A stretch of 53,977 nucleotides of DNA, the filler included, from Pseudobdellovibrionaceae bacterium (GTDB taxonomy: Bacteria > Bdellovibrionota > Bdellovibrionia > Bdellovibrionales > UBA1609), in NCBI GenBank assembly GCA_030591685.1. It is 2 parts of 2 records of this genome, joined end to end, with 100 filler letters (N's around TTAATTAATTAA, not from the genome) between each part and the next. Parts side by side here need not be neighbours in the genome. Positions count along the whole stretch, not along the records: positions 31,206 to 53,977 come from JAUVAX010000034.1; 1 more part is not named here. One strand, 5' to 3'. Positions 36,892 to 46,442 of the stretch are shown piece after piece. The notes beneath the pieces were generated by a model. It saw only the letters and a program-made list of their open reading frames with translations. It searched no databases and had not been told where the DNA came from. Within the stretch, counting starts at the first letter, position 1. Every line of letters begins with the position of its first letter. Both the position numbers and the translations under genes were made by a program.

Positions 36892-38541
36892 TTGGATAAA
36901 GTATTTGGAAATATGCTCTCACAATTTAAGGAGTATTTTAAAACGTTAACGCCCATAAAGCGTGCGTCCATACTAGCGTCAGTTGCGATTGCTTTTGTAG
37001 CCATTGCCGTGGCCGGATTAATGGTTTCTAAAACAAACTATGCTGTTTTACTTCGTGATGTGCCTTCAGAGCAACTGCCTCTAGTGGTTCAAAAATTAAA
37101 GCAAAATAATGTTCCCTTTAAGTTAGATGGTGACGGAGCGGAAATACTAGTACCCTCAAATCTATTGCACTCAGCGCAGATGGTTATTATGTCTCAGCTG
37201 GGGTCAAACTCAATAGGAACCATTGGGCTTGAGATTTTTGATAAACAAGATTTTGGCGTAACATCTTATGCCCAAAGGGTAAATTATCAAAGAGCCCTTC
37301 AAGGGGAGTTGATTAGAGCCATTAATAGTTTAAGTGCCGTAAAGAGAACAAAAGTTATATTAGCACTCCCCTCAAAAAAGACTTTTTTAGAAGAGGGGGG
37401 CCAGAGCTCTGCTTCAGTAGTTATTGAAATGCATCCTGGTAAAATAATGTCTGCCGAGCAAGTAAGGGGCATTAGACATCTTGTAAGTAGTGCTGTTGAA
37501 GGGTTAGAGGCCGAGAAGGTAACCATTGTGAATTCACGGGGTAAGGTACTTTCTAGAAAGCGAGAAGTTGGGGCCTCGGCTTCAAGTGAATTATTTGATG
37601 TTCAAAGAAAGGTAGAGGCCAACCTTGAGGAGCGCATTGAGTCGATTCTTACAAAGGCCGTTGGTGCCGGTAAGGTCATTGCTAAAATCAACGTTAAGTT
37701 AAATCAGAAGCAAATACGAAGTGTTGTTGAGACTGTAGATCCAGATCAAACAGCGATATTAAGTCAAGTCACTGAGACGGAGAACTTAAATGGAAACCGA
37801 AGAAATCCTGCCGGGATACCGGGGGCGAGGGCCAATTTACCTGGTGCTAATAACCAGGGGCAAGTGGGATTTAGTCAAAATGTAGATAAAGAGCTTAAGA
37901 CTACAAACTACCAGGTGCCAAAAACTGTTAAAAATATTATTGAAACAGCAGGGTCAGTTGAAAGGGTAACTGTAGCAGTACTTGTTGACGGCAAAATGAT
38001 ACGTCAAACTGCCGAAAACGGTAAAGAGATGACTGAATATCAACCACGATCAGCTGAAGAGCTAAAAAAATATGAAGATATAGTAAAAAATGTGATTGGT
38101 TTCAATGCCCAACGGGGTGACACTATAAAAATTGAAAACTTGCAATTTCAAAAAGAGGATTTCACCGATGCTGAGAGGTTGCTTTCAAATTTAGATCGCA
38201 AAAAATTTATTCAAGCTCTATTTAAATGGACCCTCCTAGGGTTTTCGTTAACCCTGTTCTTTTTTATCGTAGTTCGACCATTTATGAGATGGATCACAGA
38301 TTCGTTTCAAGACAGTGTAGAGGACATGCTACCAAGGACAATTGAAGAGCTAGAAGAGCTGCAGTCCATTGATAACACTCTGCCCGGAATGTCCACCGCC
38401 CTCCCTGTGCTAGAGGAGTCACTGGACCCTGATAAGGCCGAAAGTGAATTACTAAAAGAGCGAATTATGAACCTTGTCACTTCAGATGAAGAAAAGGCCA
38501 ACAGTGCTTTTAGCTTGTGGCTTGTAAGGAAGGACCCATGA
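36892..38541 (+). CDS. fliF: MS-ring protein FliF
   Basis: GLEIFDKQDFG, YQRALQGEL, SASV and GIPGARAN motifs; two TM segments. Confidence 0.96.
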   Translation: MDKVFGNMLSQFKEYFKTLTPIKRASILASVAIAFVAIAVAGLMVSKTNYAVLLRDVPSEQLPLVVQKLKQNNVPFKLDGDGAEILVPSNLLHSAQMVIMSQLGSNSIGTIGLEIFDKQDFGVTSYAQRVNYQRALQGELIRAINSLSAVKRTKVILALPSKKTFLEEGGQSSASVVIEMHPGKIMSAEQVRGIRHLVSSAVEGLEAEKVTIVNSRGKVLSRKREVGASASSELFDVQRKVEANLEERIESILTKAVGAGKVIAKINVKLNQKQIRSVVETVDPDQTAILSQVTETENLNGNRRNPAGIPGARANLPGANNQGQVGFSQNVDKELKTTNYQVPKTVKNIIETAGSVERVTVAVLVDGKMIRQTAENGKEMTEYQPRSAEELKKYEDIVKNVIGFNAQRGDTIKIENLQFQKEDFTDAERLLSNLDRKKFIQALFKWTLLGFSLTLFFFIVVRPFMRWITDSFQDSVEDMLPRTIEELEELQSIDNTLPGMSTALPVLEESLDPDKAESELLKERIMNLVTSDEEKANSAFSLWLVRKDP

Positions 38542-39575
38542 CGAAAATACTAAAATTAGAAAACGTTATTTTTGAAGAGTTAGGTGGGTTTGAAAAGGCC
38601 GCTGTTTTACTTAACTACCTTGGCCCAGAGGCAGCGACAATATTATTTAAAAAAGCAGATGATGCGGACATTAGAAAATTACTAAGCACTATGGGTAAGT
38701 ATAGGATTGTTCCTGTAAATGTGGCTAAAAAAGTGCTTGAAGAATTTTATGAAATGGTTTCAGAATCAGCTGAATATATATTTTCAGAAGGTACAACAAG
38801 TAAAGAAACAGTTATGGATGCTGTGGGAGAGGAGCGAGCAAGAGGTATTTTAGGCCACTTGAATATGAACTCACCCACCGCAAAAAACTTAGAGAGCTTA
38901 GAGTTAGTGGATGCAAAATCACTCTCCAATTTTCTTATAAATGAGCATCCTCAAACAATTGCTGTAATTTTAGCTCACCTTGAGCCTGAAAAAAAGGGAG
39001 AGGTTCTTAAAAGGCTTCCCGAAACTTTGCAAGCAGAGGTCGTTTTGAGGCTTTCAAACTTAGAGCACGTGTCACCTGAACTTATAGGTGACTTAGATAG
39101 AGTATTAAAACAGGAGCTTTCAAGTGTTGGTACTATGGAGCATGCCACCCTCGGAGGCGTGCAGCCTGTGGCAGAAATGTTAAATGTAATGGAGAAAAAC
39201 ACTGAAACAGCCATTATGTCGCGCATTGAGGAGAGAGACCCAATACTCGCCGAAGAAATCAGAAAACTCATGTTTGTATTTGAGGATATTATTAAAATTG
39301 ATGATAAGGGAATTCAAACACTTCTTAAGGAAATTGCAAATGACAGGTTACTGCTTTCACTTAAAACAGCAAATGATGAAATTAAGCTTAAAGTATTTAA
39401 GAATATTTCACAGCGGGCTGCGAATTTATTAAAAGATGATTTAGAAAACATGGGTCCAGCTAGGTTGTCAGACGTAGAGTCTGCACAGAGTGAAATTGTA
39501 AACATAGCTCGAAGGCTAGAGGCAGAGGGCAAGATACTTATTGCTCGCGGTGGTTCTGAGGACGCGTTAGTATAA
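38538..39575 (+). CDS. fliG: Motor switch protein FliG
   Basis: EHPQTIA, LMFVFEDI and VESAQ motifs; ATGA overlap with the fliF stop. Confidence 0.96.
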   Translation: MTKILKLENVIFEELGGFEKAAVLLNYLGPEAATILFKKADDADIRKLLSTMGKYRIVPVNVAKKVLEEFYEMVSESAEYIFSEGTTSKETVMDAVGEERARGILGHLNMNSPTAKNLESLELVDAKSLSNFLINEHPQTIAVILAHLEPEKKGEVLKRLPETLQAEVVLRLSNLEHVSPELIGDLDRVLKQELSSVGTMEHATLGGVQPVAEMLNVMEKNTETAIMSRIEERDPILAEEIRKLMFVFEDIIKIDDKGIQTLLKEIANDRLLLSLKTANDEIKLKVFKNISQRAANLLKDDLENMGPARLSDVESAQSEIVNIARRLEAEGKILIARGGSEDALV

Positions 39576-39591
39576 ATACGAAGGGTTAAGT

Positions 39592-40488
39592 ATGTCAGTT
39601 TTTGGAAAAGTAATTTCTGTAGACGTAGGTAGTGATGATTTAACGGTAATTGATTATGTCCCAAAGGCTTTTCCGATTAAATTAACGCCTCAGGCCTCGG
39701 ACTTTACATCATCACAAAGTAAAAAAAAATCTGACTTCTTGCTCAATGATCTTGTTGCGGGGATGACAGGAATTGCAGAGCAAAGAAGAATAGAGCAGGA
39801 CACAAAAATTGAGCAAGACATTCTTCAAAAGCTAAAGGGTATTGAAGAGAAAGCTTATGCGGAGGCCTATGACTTAGGGCTTGTTGAGGGGTCAGAAAAG
39901 GGTTTTCAGGAGAAACAAACAGAAATCGAGAAACGACTTAAAGACCTTGATAGTGTTTTACATCGGTTTGAATCAATGACTACCGAAATTTTTAAGGAAA
40001 AAGAAAATCAACTCCTAAAATTAATCACATCTATTGCAACAAAAATGGCAATTTTTGAAATAAAATCCAATCCAGAGTCAATTAAAGATCTCATACACTC
40101 GATGGTAGAGAAAATGCAGTCTGAAGAGCGAGTTTTAATACGAATGAGCCCCTCTGATGTTGAGTTTTTAAGACAATTAAAAAATGATGTAAGCCCTGAC
40201 TTTGAGTCGCTAGTAAATGTAAAAATTGAAGATGATGAATCTGTGAGTCCTGGGGGATGTATGTTTGAGTCTACGTATGGGGCCATTGATGCCACTGTTG
40301 AGCGGAGGGTTGAAAATGTATGGAAGGCCATAGAAGAGAGATTACCAAGGGTTCAAGAAGGCCGAGTCGAGGTAACTCCTTCAAAATTTGAAACTAAAGA
40401 AGCTATCCTGCCAACAGCCAAAGATGATAATGGTGATGACAGTGAGCCTGAAAGTGAGAGTACATCTGACGAAGGTGAGGACTCTTGA
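39592..40488 (+). CDS. fliH: Flagellar assembly protein FliH
   Basis: AYxxGxxxGxxxG repeats and PGGC...GAIDAT; lies between fliG and fliI. Confidence 0.9.
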   Translation: MSVFGKVISVDVGSDDLTVIDYVPKAFPIKLTPQASDFTSSQSKKKSDFLLNDLVAGMTGIAEQRRIEQDTKIEQDILQKLKGIEEKAYAEAYDLGLVEGSEKGFQEKQTEIEKRLKDLDSVLHRFESMTTEIFKEKENQLLKLITSIATKMAIFEIKSNPESIKDLIHSMVEKMQSEERVLIRMSPSDVEFLRQLKNDVSPDFESLVNVKIEDDESVSPGGCMFESTYGAIDATVERRVENVWKAIEERLPRVQEGRVEVTPSKFETKEAILPTAKDDNGDDSEPESESTSDEGEDS

Positions 40489-41819
40489 CCATGATAAGCC
40501 CAGAATTAAATATCGATAGATACTTTAAAAAGTTAGACGAAATAAAAGCCACCCAGGATGTAGGTAAAGTAACAGAGGTTAAGGGTTTTTTAATTAAGGG
40601 CATTATACCTGGGGTAAATGTGGGTAGTATTTGTGAAATCCACTCAAACCTTGGTAAGAGTTATTTTTTATCTGAAGTCATTGGGTTTGAAGGTCGCACA
40701 GCACTTTTGTTACCCCTAGAACACATGAGTGGGGTAGCACTAGGCTCTAAAATTATTTTACAACGTTTAAAATCACGAGTGGGTGTTGGTGAAGAGCTCT
40801 TAGGGCGAGTAATTGACGGTATGGGAAACCCTATTGATGATTTGGGCCGCTTACTAACATCAGATGACGTAAGCCTCTCAAAGGAGTCGATAAACCCTTT
40901 GAGTAGAGATTTAATAAATGAGCCTCTAAGTTTAGGGGTAAAGGCCATTGATGGATTAATTACTTTAGGCAAAGGGCAAAGAGTAGGGATTATGGCCGGA
41001 TCAGGAGTAGGTAAATCTGTACTCATGGGCATGATGGCAAGAAATTCACAGGCAGATATTAACGTCATTGCACTCATTGGCGAGAGAGGCCGAGAGGTTA
41101 AAGATTTTATAGAGTATACGCTGGGTGAGGAGGGACTTAAACGTTCTGTGATTATTGTGGCAACCTCTGATCAAAGCCCCCTTGTGAGGTTACGTGGAGC
41201 TATGTACGCCACTGCTGTTTCAGAATACTTTGCCATGAAGGGTAAAGACGTTTTACTTATGATGGACTCAATCACTCGATTTGCAATGGCACAGCGAGAA
41301 ATTGGGCTTAACGTGGGTGAGCCACCCATGTCAAAGGGCTATACACCAAGTGTGTTTTCATTGCTGCCAAAGTTACTAGAGAGGGCCGGGAACTTTAAAA
41401 ATGCCGGAAGTATTACGGGGCTCTATACTGTGCTTGTTGAAGGGGATGATATGGATGATCCTATCGCAGACAGTGTAAGGTCCATAGTTGATGGACATAT
41501 TGTCCTAGACAGAAAGCTAGCGCACAAGGGCCACTATCCGGCAATTGATGTGCTACAAAGTACATCGCGAGTGATGCTAAATGTTACAACAAAACAGCAT
41601 AGAGATTTAGCTCAGTACATAAGGCAAAATATTGCTGTATATAAAGATGCTGAGGACTTAATTAATATAGGGGCCTATAAAGAGGGTAATAATGAGAGCA
41701 TTGATAAAGCGGTCAGTTTAAATAAAATGATTAATAATTTTTTAAAGCAGCCTATAGATCAACCTGTAGATTTTGAGGATGCTGTTGAGCTAATGAATTA
41801 TATGTACGAGGGCGCATAA
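40485..41819 (+). CDS. fliI: Flagellar export ATPase FliI
   Basis: AGSGVGKS, LIGERGREV, DSITRFAMAQRE and GHYPAIDV motifs. Confidence 0.96.
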   Translation: MTMISPELNIDRYFKKLDEIKATQDVGKVTEVKGFLIKGIIPGVNVGSICEIHSNLGKSYFLSEVIGFEGRTALLLPLEHMSGVALGSKIILQRLKSRVGVGEELLGRVIDGMGNPIDDLGRLLTSDDVSLSKESINPLSRDLINEPLSLGVKAIDGLITLGKGQRVGIMAGSGVGKSVLMGMMARNSQADINVIALIGERGREVKDFIEYTLGEEGLKRSVIIVATSDQSPLVRLRGAMYATAVSEYFAMKGKDVLLMMDSITRFAMAQREIGLNVGEPPMSKGYTPSVFSLLPKLLERAGNFKNAGSITGLYTVLVEGDDMDDPIADSVRSIVDGHIVLDRKLAHKGHYPAIDVLQSTSRVMLNVTTKQHRDLAQYIRQNIAVYKDAEDLINIGAYKEGNNESIDKAVSLNKMINNFLKQPIDQPVDFEDAVELMNYMYEGA

Positions 41820-41820
41820 A

Positions 41821-42264
41821 ATGGCCTTTAATTTTAAACTTCAAGCAGTTTTAAAGCATAACAAGCATCTAGAGGATCTTGCGCGAATTAGGTTTTCTGA
41901 ATTTGAAGGTAAATTTAATGCAATAAAACTTGAGATAAAAGATCTCTATAAGAAAATTGATAGCACGCGAGTGGATATATCAGAAGTTGAAGAGGCGGGG
42001 GGTTATATTTCTGCCAACGTAGAGCTTATGCAAACGGGTATTATTGGAATAAAAATTAAAATCGAAAGTAAAAAAAATGAACTGCAGAAAGTAAGTGTGC
42101 TCCTAGAGGAAGAACGTAAAAAGCTAGTGTTAGCAGTGCAGGAACATAAAAAAATTGAAGTCTTAAAAGATAAGAGTTTTGAAAGATACAAACATGATTG
42201 TCGAAAAAATGAATTAAAAAAGATTAATGACCTGATGGTCATGAGATTTAAAAGGGAAAGCTAA
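41821..42264 (+). CDS. fliJ: Flagellar export protein FliJ
   Basis: F.FKLQAVL N-terminus, coiled coil, 147 aa, follows fliI. Confidence 0.85.
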   Translation: MAFNFKLQAVLKHNKHLEDLARIRFSEFEGKFNAIKLEIKDLYKKIDSTRVDISEVEEAGGYISANVELMQTGIIGIKIKIESKKNELQKVSVLLEEERKKLVLAVQEHKKIEVLKDKSFERYKHDCRKNELKKINDLMVMRFKRES

Positions 42265-42265
42265 A

Positions 42266-43120
42266 ATGAAAAATAGTTATCAACAATATTTTAAAAAGGC
42301 AAAAGAAGTAAGAACGGGCGAGAGCCCTAAAAAAAGCCCAAGGGCTCCTAAAAAGAAGCTTCAAATAAAATTAAATAAAAAGACTCGTGTATCAAAAACA
42401 TCAACAGAGGATTTATTTCGTGAGGCCTTCATGCTAAACAAGAAAAAACATAAAAAAAAGAAAGGTCTCTCAACCCCATGGAAAACACTCGGTGTACTGG
42501 GGCTTTTAACATTGTTTACTGGATGGGGCTTTGTTGATCCCGGAGGGATAGAGAGCCTCTTGTCTAAAGTCGAGATTGGGATAATGCCAAAAGGTTTAAC
42601 GGCGGGCAAACAAGGTAGTGCTACGGCAAATTCTGCCAGCGCAAAGGTCAAGAAGGGGGAAAAGAATTCCTATAACAAGGATCAGTCAGAGAACAATAGC
42701 AAAATCAATAAGAAAAACACGACCAATGAAGACCTTAGTTATTTTAGCAAGTTAGGTGATCGTAAGAAAGAATTAGACGGTCGAGAGCAGGAGCTTGAAA
42801 AGTTGGAGGAGGAATTGCATAAGCAAAGAGTTGAGATTGAGAAGAGAATCATTGAGCTTAAAAAAGTTCGTGATCAAATCTCAGGCACATTAAACAAAAA
42901 AGTCCAGGTGGACCAAGAAAAGGTAATGAAACTAGTGGGATTTTATTCAAGCATGAAACCTAAAAAAGCGGCCAAACTCATTGGCAGCATTGATGAAAAT
43001 CTAGCGGTTGAAATTTTAGGGCAAATGAAAAAGAAAAATGCAGCAGAAGTTATGAACCTATTAGAGCCCAAAAAGGCACAAATCCTATCAGAAAAGTTTG
43101 CAGGATATAAGAGAAGGTAA
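42266..43120 (+). CDS. MotE/FlbB-like flagellar protein (MgtE N-terminal-like)
   Basis: TM plus coiled coil and YSSMKPKKAA...ILGQMKKKNAAEVMNLLEPKKA. Confidence 0.8.
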   Translation: MKNSYQQYFKKAKEVRTGESPKKSPRAPKKKLQIKLNKKTRVSKTSTEDLFREAFMLNKKKHKKKKGLSTPWKTLGVLGLLTLFTGWGFVDPGGIESLLSKVEIGIMPKGLTAGKQGSATANSASAKVKKGEKNSYNKDQSENNSKINKKNTTNEDLSYFSKLGDRKKELDGREQELEKLEEELHKQRVEIEKRIIELKKVRDQISGTLNKKVQVDQEKVMKLVGFYSSMKPKKAAKLIGSIDENLAVEILGQMKKKNAAEVMNLLEPKKAQILSEKFAGYKRR

Positions 43121-43128
43121 TTAAAAAA

Positions 43129-44919
43129 ATGAATGTACTAGGTACAAATAGTATAAAACCAGCACAGCTTAAGCAGAGTGAAAACTCTGCGGCAAAAAGC
43201 TTTGCTCCTAATGCTAAAAATAAGTCTCCATTTTCGTCTAAACTAGATAGGGCCCAAGACAATAAGAGTAATAGATATCAAAGTACATCAAAGAGGTCGA
43301 GTTCAAATAATTCTGAACCTCAGCGATCAGATCATAAATTAAAGAGCCACCAAGAGGCCGAGAGAAATAAAAAAACATATGATGAAAAGGTGAGCCGTGA
43401 AGCTCGACATGAAGAAGATAAAAAATTAGAAAAAAAATCTCAAAACAAAAAAACTTCCACATATCCTAGTTCGGGAGAATATAAAAAATCTTTAGACAAA
43501 TTATCAGATAAAGATGCTATCTCGACTTTAAGTGAGCGCATAGATAGCATGGGTCATCAGTCCTCACAGGCCGTTGACCCTCTTTCTCGTAGGGTGGCCA
43601 TTCAGAGTTTTATGAGTAAGATGAAAAATCAATTTGGTATTAGCCCCATTGATATGGTTGTTGGGTTTAGTAAGCTTAGTGAGGCTGAATTAACTAAGGC
43701 ACCTGAAGAGACGGTCAATGCCGTACTCTCACAACTGACGCTTTCAGCAAAAGATCAGCAACAAGCCAGGGGCATGTTTCATAATATGCTTAAACAATCA
43801 TCCTCTGAGTCCATGGCCGATTACTTGAAAAGCTCTGATCGTCAGCTTTCATTAGAGGTATTGAGTAAGCAAGAGGTGGCGAAGAAAGATTTAGACAATT
43901 CTATTACAGACCTTCAAAAAAGTTTTTTTACTACAAAGTTGGCTGTTAAGGCGCCATCAGAACTTTCTGCTTCATCGGCTTTGAGGCCAGAAAACGGGGC
44001 CTTAACTAGTAACTTAGGTTTTGAAGTTGAACCAGGGTTAAATGTTAAGAGTATTGAGGCCTCAAGCACGGCATTAAATAATTTAAATCAGCCGGGCTCA
44101 AAGCAAACGTTAGATAACTTACTGGGCCAACTTAATTTAACTATGAATAATTTAAATAACAGTGTGAGTGGGAGTAGCATGTCGTCTACCGCCTCCCCGA
44201 TGAACACGACAGCAATGACGGCTTATGGTATTTCTCAACCCATAGGGGCCGCAAGTATGTCTGAATTCTCAAGTGAGACTGACTCTGAGGGTGGTCTTGG
44301 AAGACGATCTATGGAGGGGTTAATTAGCGAATCACAGGAGCTTCAGGGCAACTCCAATAAAAGCGTTCAAGTACCTAAATTTACAATGGCTTCGTCAGTG
44401 TCTGATTTAAGTAAATCAGATGAGGCAAAAAACGTGAATGAATTGATTAAGAGTACCCAGGCAGCAATAAAAAATGGCGGCGGAGAGGTAAAAGTAGTTA
44501 TGAACCCGGAGGGGCTTGGAGAGGTGCAACTTAAAGTCTCCGTAGAGGGTGGTAAGGTCAATGTAGAGATGCTTACTGAGAACAGCCAGGTTAAAAAAAT
44601 GGTCGAAAAGGGCATGGGTGAATTAAAAGCAACGTTGGCTTCACATAATTTAGAAGTGAGTGAGATAAAAGTGGATATTTCTCAAGATTTGGCAAATCAG
44701 TTGGACAAGCAAAAGGATGATAATGAAGGGCAATTTGCTCGACAATTTTTACAAGACTTTAGAAACCAAAATCAAAAATTTAGAAATGGCTTTTTTGATT
44801 CGTCAGCCTCTCGGCCAGAGTCACAACTTATGGAGCAAGACAGCCCCGATGCAGTAGAGCGATTAATTAGTGAACAAAAAAGAGCCGCTAATAATAAACG
44901 ATTAGATTTAGTAGCGTAG
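43129..44919 (+). CDS. fliK: Hook-length control protein FliK
   Basis: Low-complexity N-terminus, MNPEGLGEVQLKV C-domain, ends RLDLVA; precedes flgD. Confidence 0.88.
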   Translation: MNVLGTNSIKPAQLKQSENSAAKSFAPNAKNKSPFSSKLDRAQDNKSNRYQSTSKRSSSNNSEPQRSDHKLKSHQEAERNKKTYDEKVSREARHEEDKKLEKKSQNKKTSTYPSSGEYKKSLDKLSDKDAISTLSERIDSMGHQSSQAVDPLSRRVAIQSFMSKMKNQFGISPIDMVVGFSKLSEAELTKAPEETVNAVLSQLTLSAKDQQQARGMFHNMLKQSSSESMADYLKSSDRQLSLEVLSKQEVAKKDLDNSITDLQKSFFTTKLAVKAPSELSASSALRPENGALTSNLGFEVEPGLNVKSIEASSTALNNLNQPGSKQTLDNLLGQLNLTMNNLNNSVSGSSMSSTASPMNTTAMTAYGISQPIGAASMSEFSSETDSEGGLGRRSMEGLISESQELQGNSNKSVQVPKFTMASSVSDLSKSDEAKNVNELIKSTQAAIKNGGGEVKVVMNPEGLGEVQLKVSVEGGKVNVEMLTENSQVKKMVEKGMGELKATLASHNLEVSEIKVDISQDLANQLDKQKDDNEGQFARQFLQDFRNQNQKFRNGFFDSSASRPESQLMEQDSPDAVERLISEQKRAANNKRLDLVA

Positions 44920-44927
44920 GATAAATT

Positions 44928-45890
44928 ATGATATCAATAAAATCAGGAACTCAAACATATTCAGAAAACGCGCATAGCGCAAACCTGGGCTCTGACAATA
45001 AAAACACATTAAGTTCTCTAGAACAGAAGGAAAACTTTAATGGCGCGAGCGTTGGTGAGGTTTTAAATAAAATTGCGGACCCAAATTGGGTGGACCCTGC
45101 TAAAAAAGCTCGTGTGGCAGGCGGCAATAATCTAGATAAAAATGCCTTTATGAAATTATTAATGACTCAAATAAAAAACCAGGACCCTTCTAACCCTATG
45201 GAAAGTCATCAGATGGCGGCTCAGTTGGCACAGTTTTCTAGTTTAGAGCAAATGACCAATATGAACACTAATATTGAGGCCATGAGAAAGGCCCAGGCCC
45301 CTAATACTAACTTTGATGCATTAAAAATGATAGGTATGGCCGTTAAGGGTGATTCGTCAAAAATTTCTCGTGCAGATATAGCAGATAAACATGATATCGG
45401 TTTTGAGTTGGCAAATTCGGCACAACAAGTAACACTTAAAATAAAAGATACTTCAGGCATTGTAGTTAGAGAACTAAGGGCCAGTACTTTGTTAAAGGGC
45501 AAAAATGAAGTTTCATGGGACGGAAAGCTAGACAACGGCTCAAGTGCAAGGGTTGGTGAGTATAAAGTAGAAATTACCGCTCAAAATGCCTTTGGTAAAA
45601 AAGTACACGCCGCGACAAGTTTTGAAGGTATAATTTCAGGTGTAAATTTCACGGGTAGTGGCCCTGTCCTTATGGTGGGAAATAAATCTATTAAAATGAC
45701 GGACATAAAAAATATCGTTGATCCATCAAAAGTAAATGCAAAAAATAATAATGTAACTAAAGTTAAAGCAGAGGCCGTCAAAAGTAAAGATGGCAACAAA
45801 ATGGTACATACAGATTTAGACGGTGTGGCTATGAGTCGTGAAATGATATCAAAGCTTAAAAAATCAGGCGTAGGGTCGAAGGCATTATAA
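44928..45890 (+). CDS. flgD: Hook capping protein FlgD
   Basis: FMKLLMTQIKNQDPSNPM, QLAQFSSLEQ and WDG motifs. Confidence 0.95.
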   Translation: MISIKSGTQTYSENAHSANLGSDNKNTLSSLEQKENFNGASVGEVLNKIADPNWVDPAKKARVAGGNNLDKNAFMKLLMTQIKNQDPSNPMESHQMAAQLAQFSSLEQMTNMNTNIEAMRKAQAPNTNFDALKMIGMAVKGDSSKISRADIADKHDIGFELANSAQQVTLKIKDTSGIVVRELRASTLLKGKNEVSWDGKLDNGSSARVGEYKVEITAQNAFGKKVHAATSFEGIISGVNFTGSGPVLMVGNKSIKMTDIKNIVDPSKVNAKNNNVTKVKAEAVKSKDGNKMVHTDLDGVAMSREMISKLKKSGVGSKAL

Positions 45891-45892
45891 CT

Positions 45893-46321
45893 ATGAAGAA
45901 TTTAGCAAATTTAAATAGTTTAAATAATATTCAGCCTGTAGGGGCGGATAGAAGCTTGCGCCGAATAGACAACGACAAGTCAGGCGCTAGCTTTAAAGAG
46001 GCTTTAACCTCTGTTGATAAAAATCAACCCAGACAGGTTTTAAAAGCTGAGGTAGAAAAAAAGGCAAACGGACTACAGTTTTCTAACCATGCTGTGGATC
46101 GAATGCGTTTTAGGGGCATACAGTATTCGGCGGAACAATTGAATAAAATTGAAGGAGCTATTTCTAAGGCGCGCTCTAAAGGAGCCAATGAAACACTTAT
46201 AATAACGGATAGCTCAGCAATGATTGTAAACGTTAAAAATAATAAAGTTGTGACTGTGATGGATAAAAATAACCTAAAGGAGAATGTATTTACTAATATT
46301 GACAGCACAATAATAATTTAA
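45893..46321 (+). CDS. Flagellar operon protein (TIGR02530-like)
   Basis: LQFSNHAVDRMRFRGI...VVT...NVFTNIDS; lies between flgD and flgE. Confidence 0.88.
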   Translation: MKNLANLNSLNNIQPVGADRSLRRIDNDKSGASFKEALTSVDKNQPRQVLKAEVEKKANGLQFSNHAVDRMRFRGIQYSAEQLNKIEGAISKARSKGANETLIITDSSAMIVNVKNNKVVTVMDKNNLKENVFTNIDSTIII

Positions 46322-46426
46322 AACTGGTGTGTAATATAAGACGCACATCAAAAAAGGTAAGTTAAACTAATAAGGGCTGGCCCTCAATTGAGGAGGCCCT
46401 CCATGGCCATAGCATGCAGTTGTGGT

Positions 46427-46441
46427 ATAACAGGAGGTTAT
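46427..46441 (+). promoter_or_regulatory. Hairpin with the flgE SD in its loop (putative CsrA site)
   Basis: ATAAC-AGGAG-GTTAT directly before ATG 46443. Confidence 0.5.
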
Positions 46442-46442
46442 C

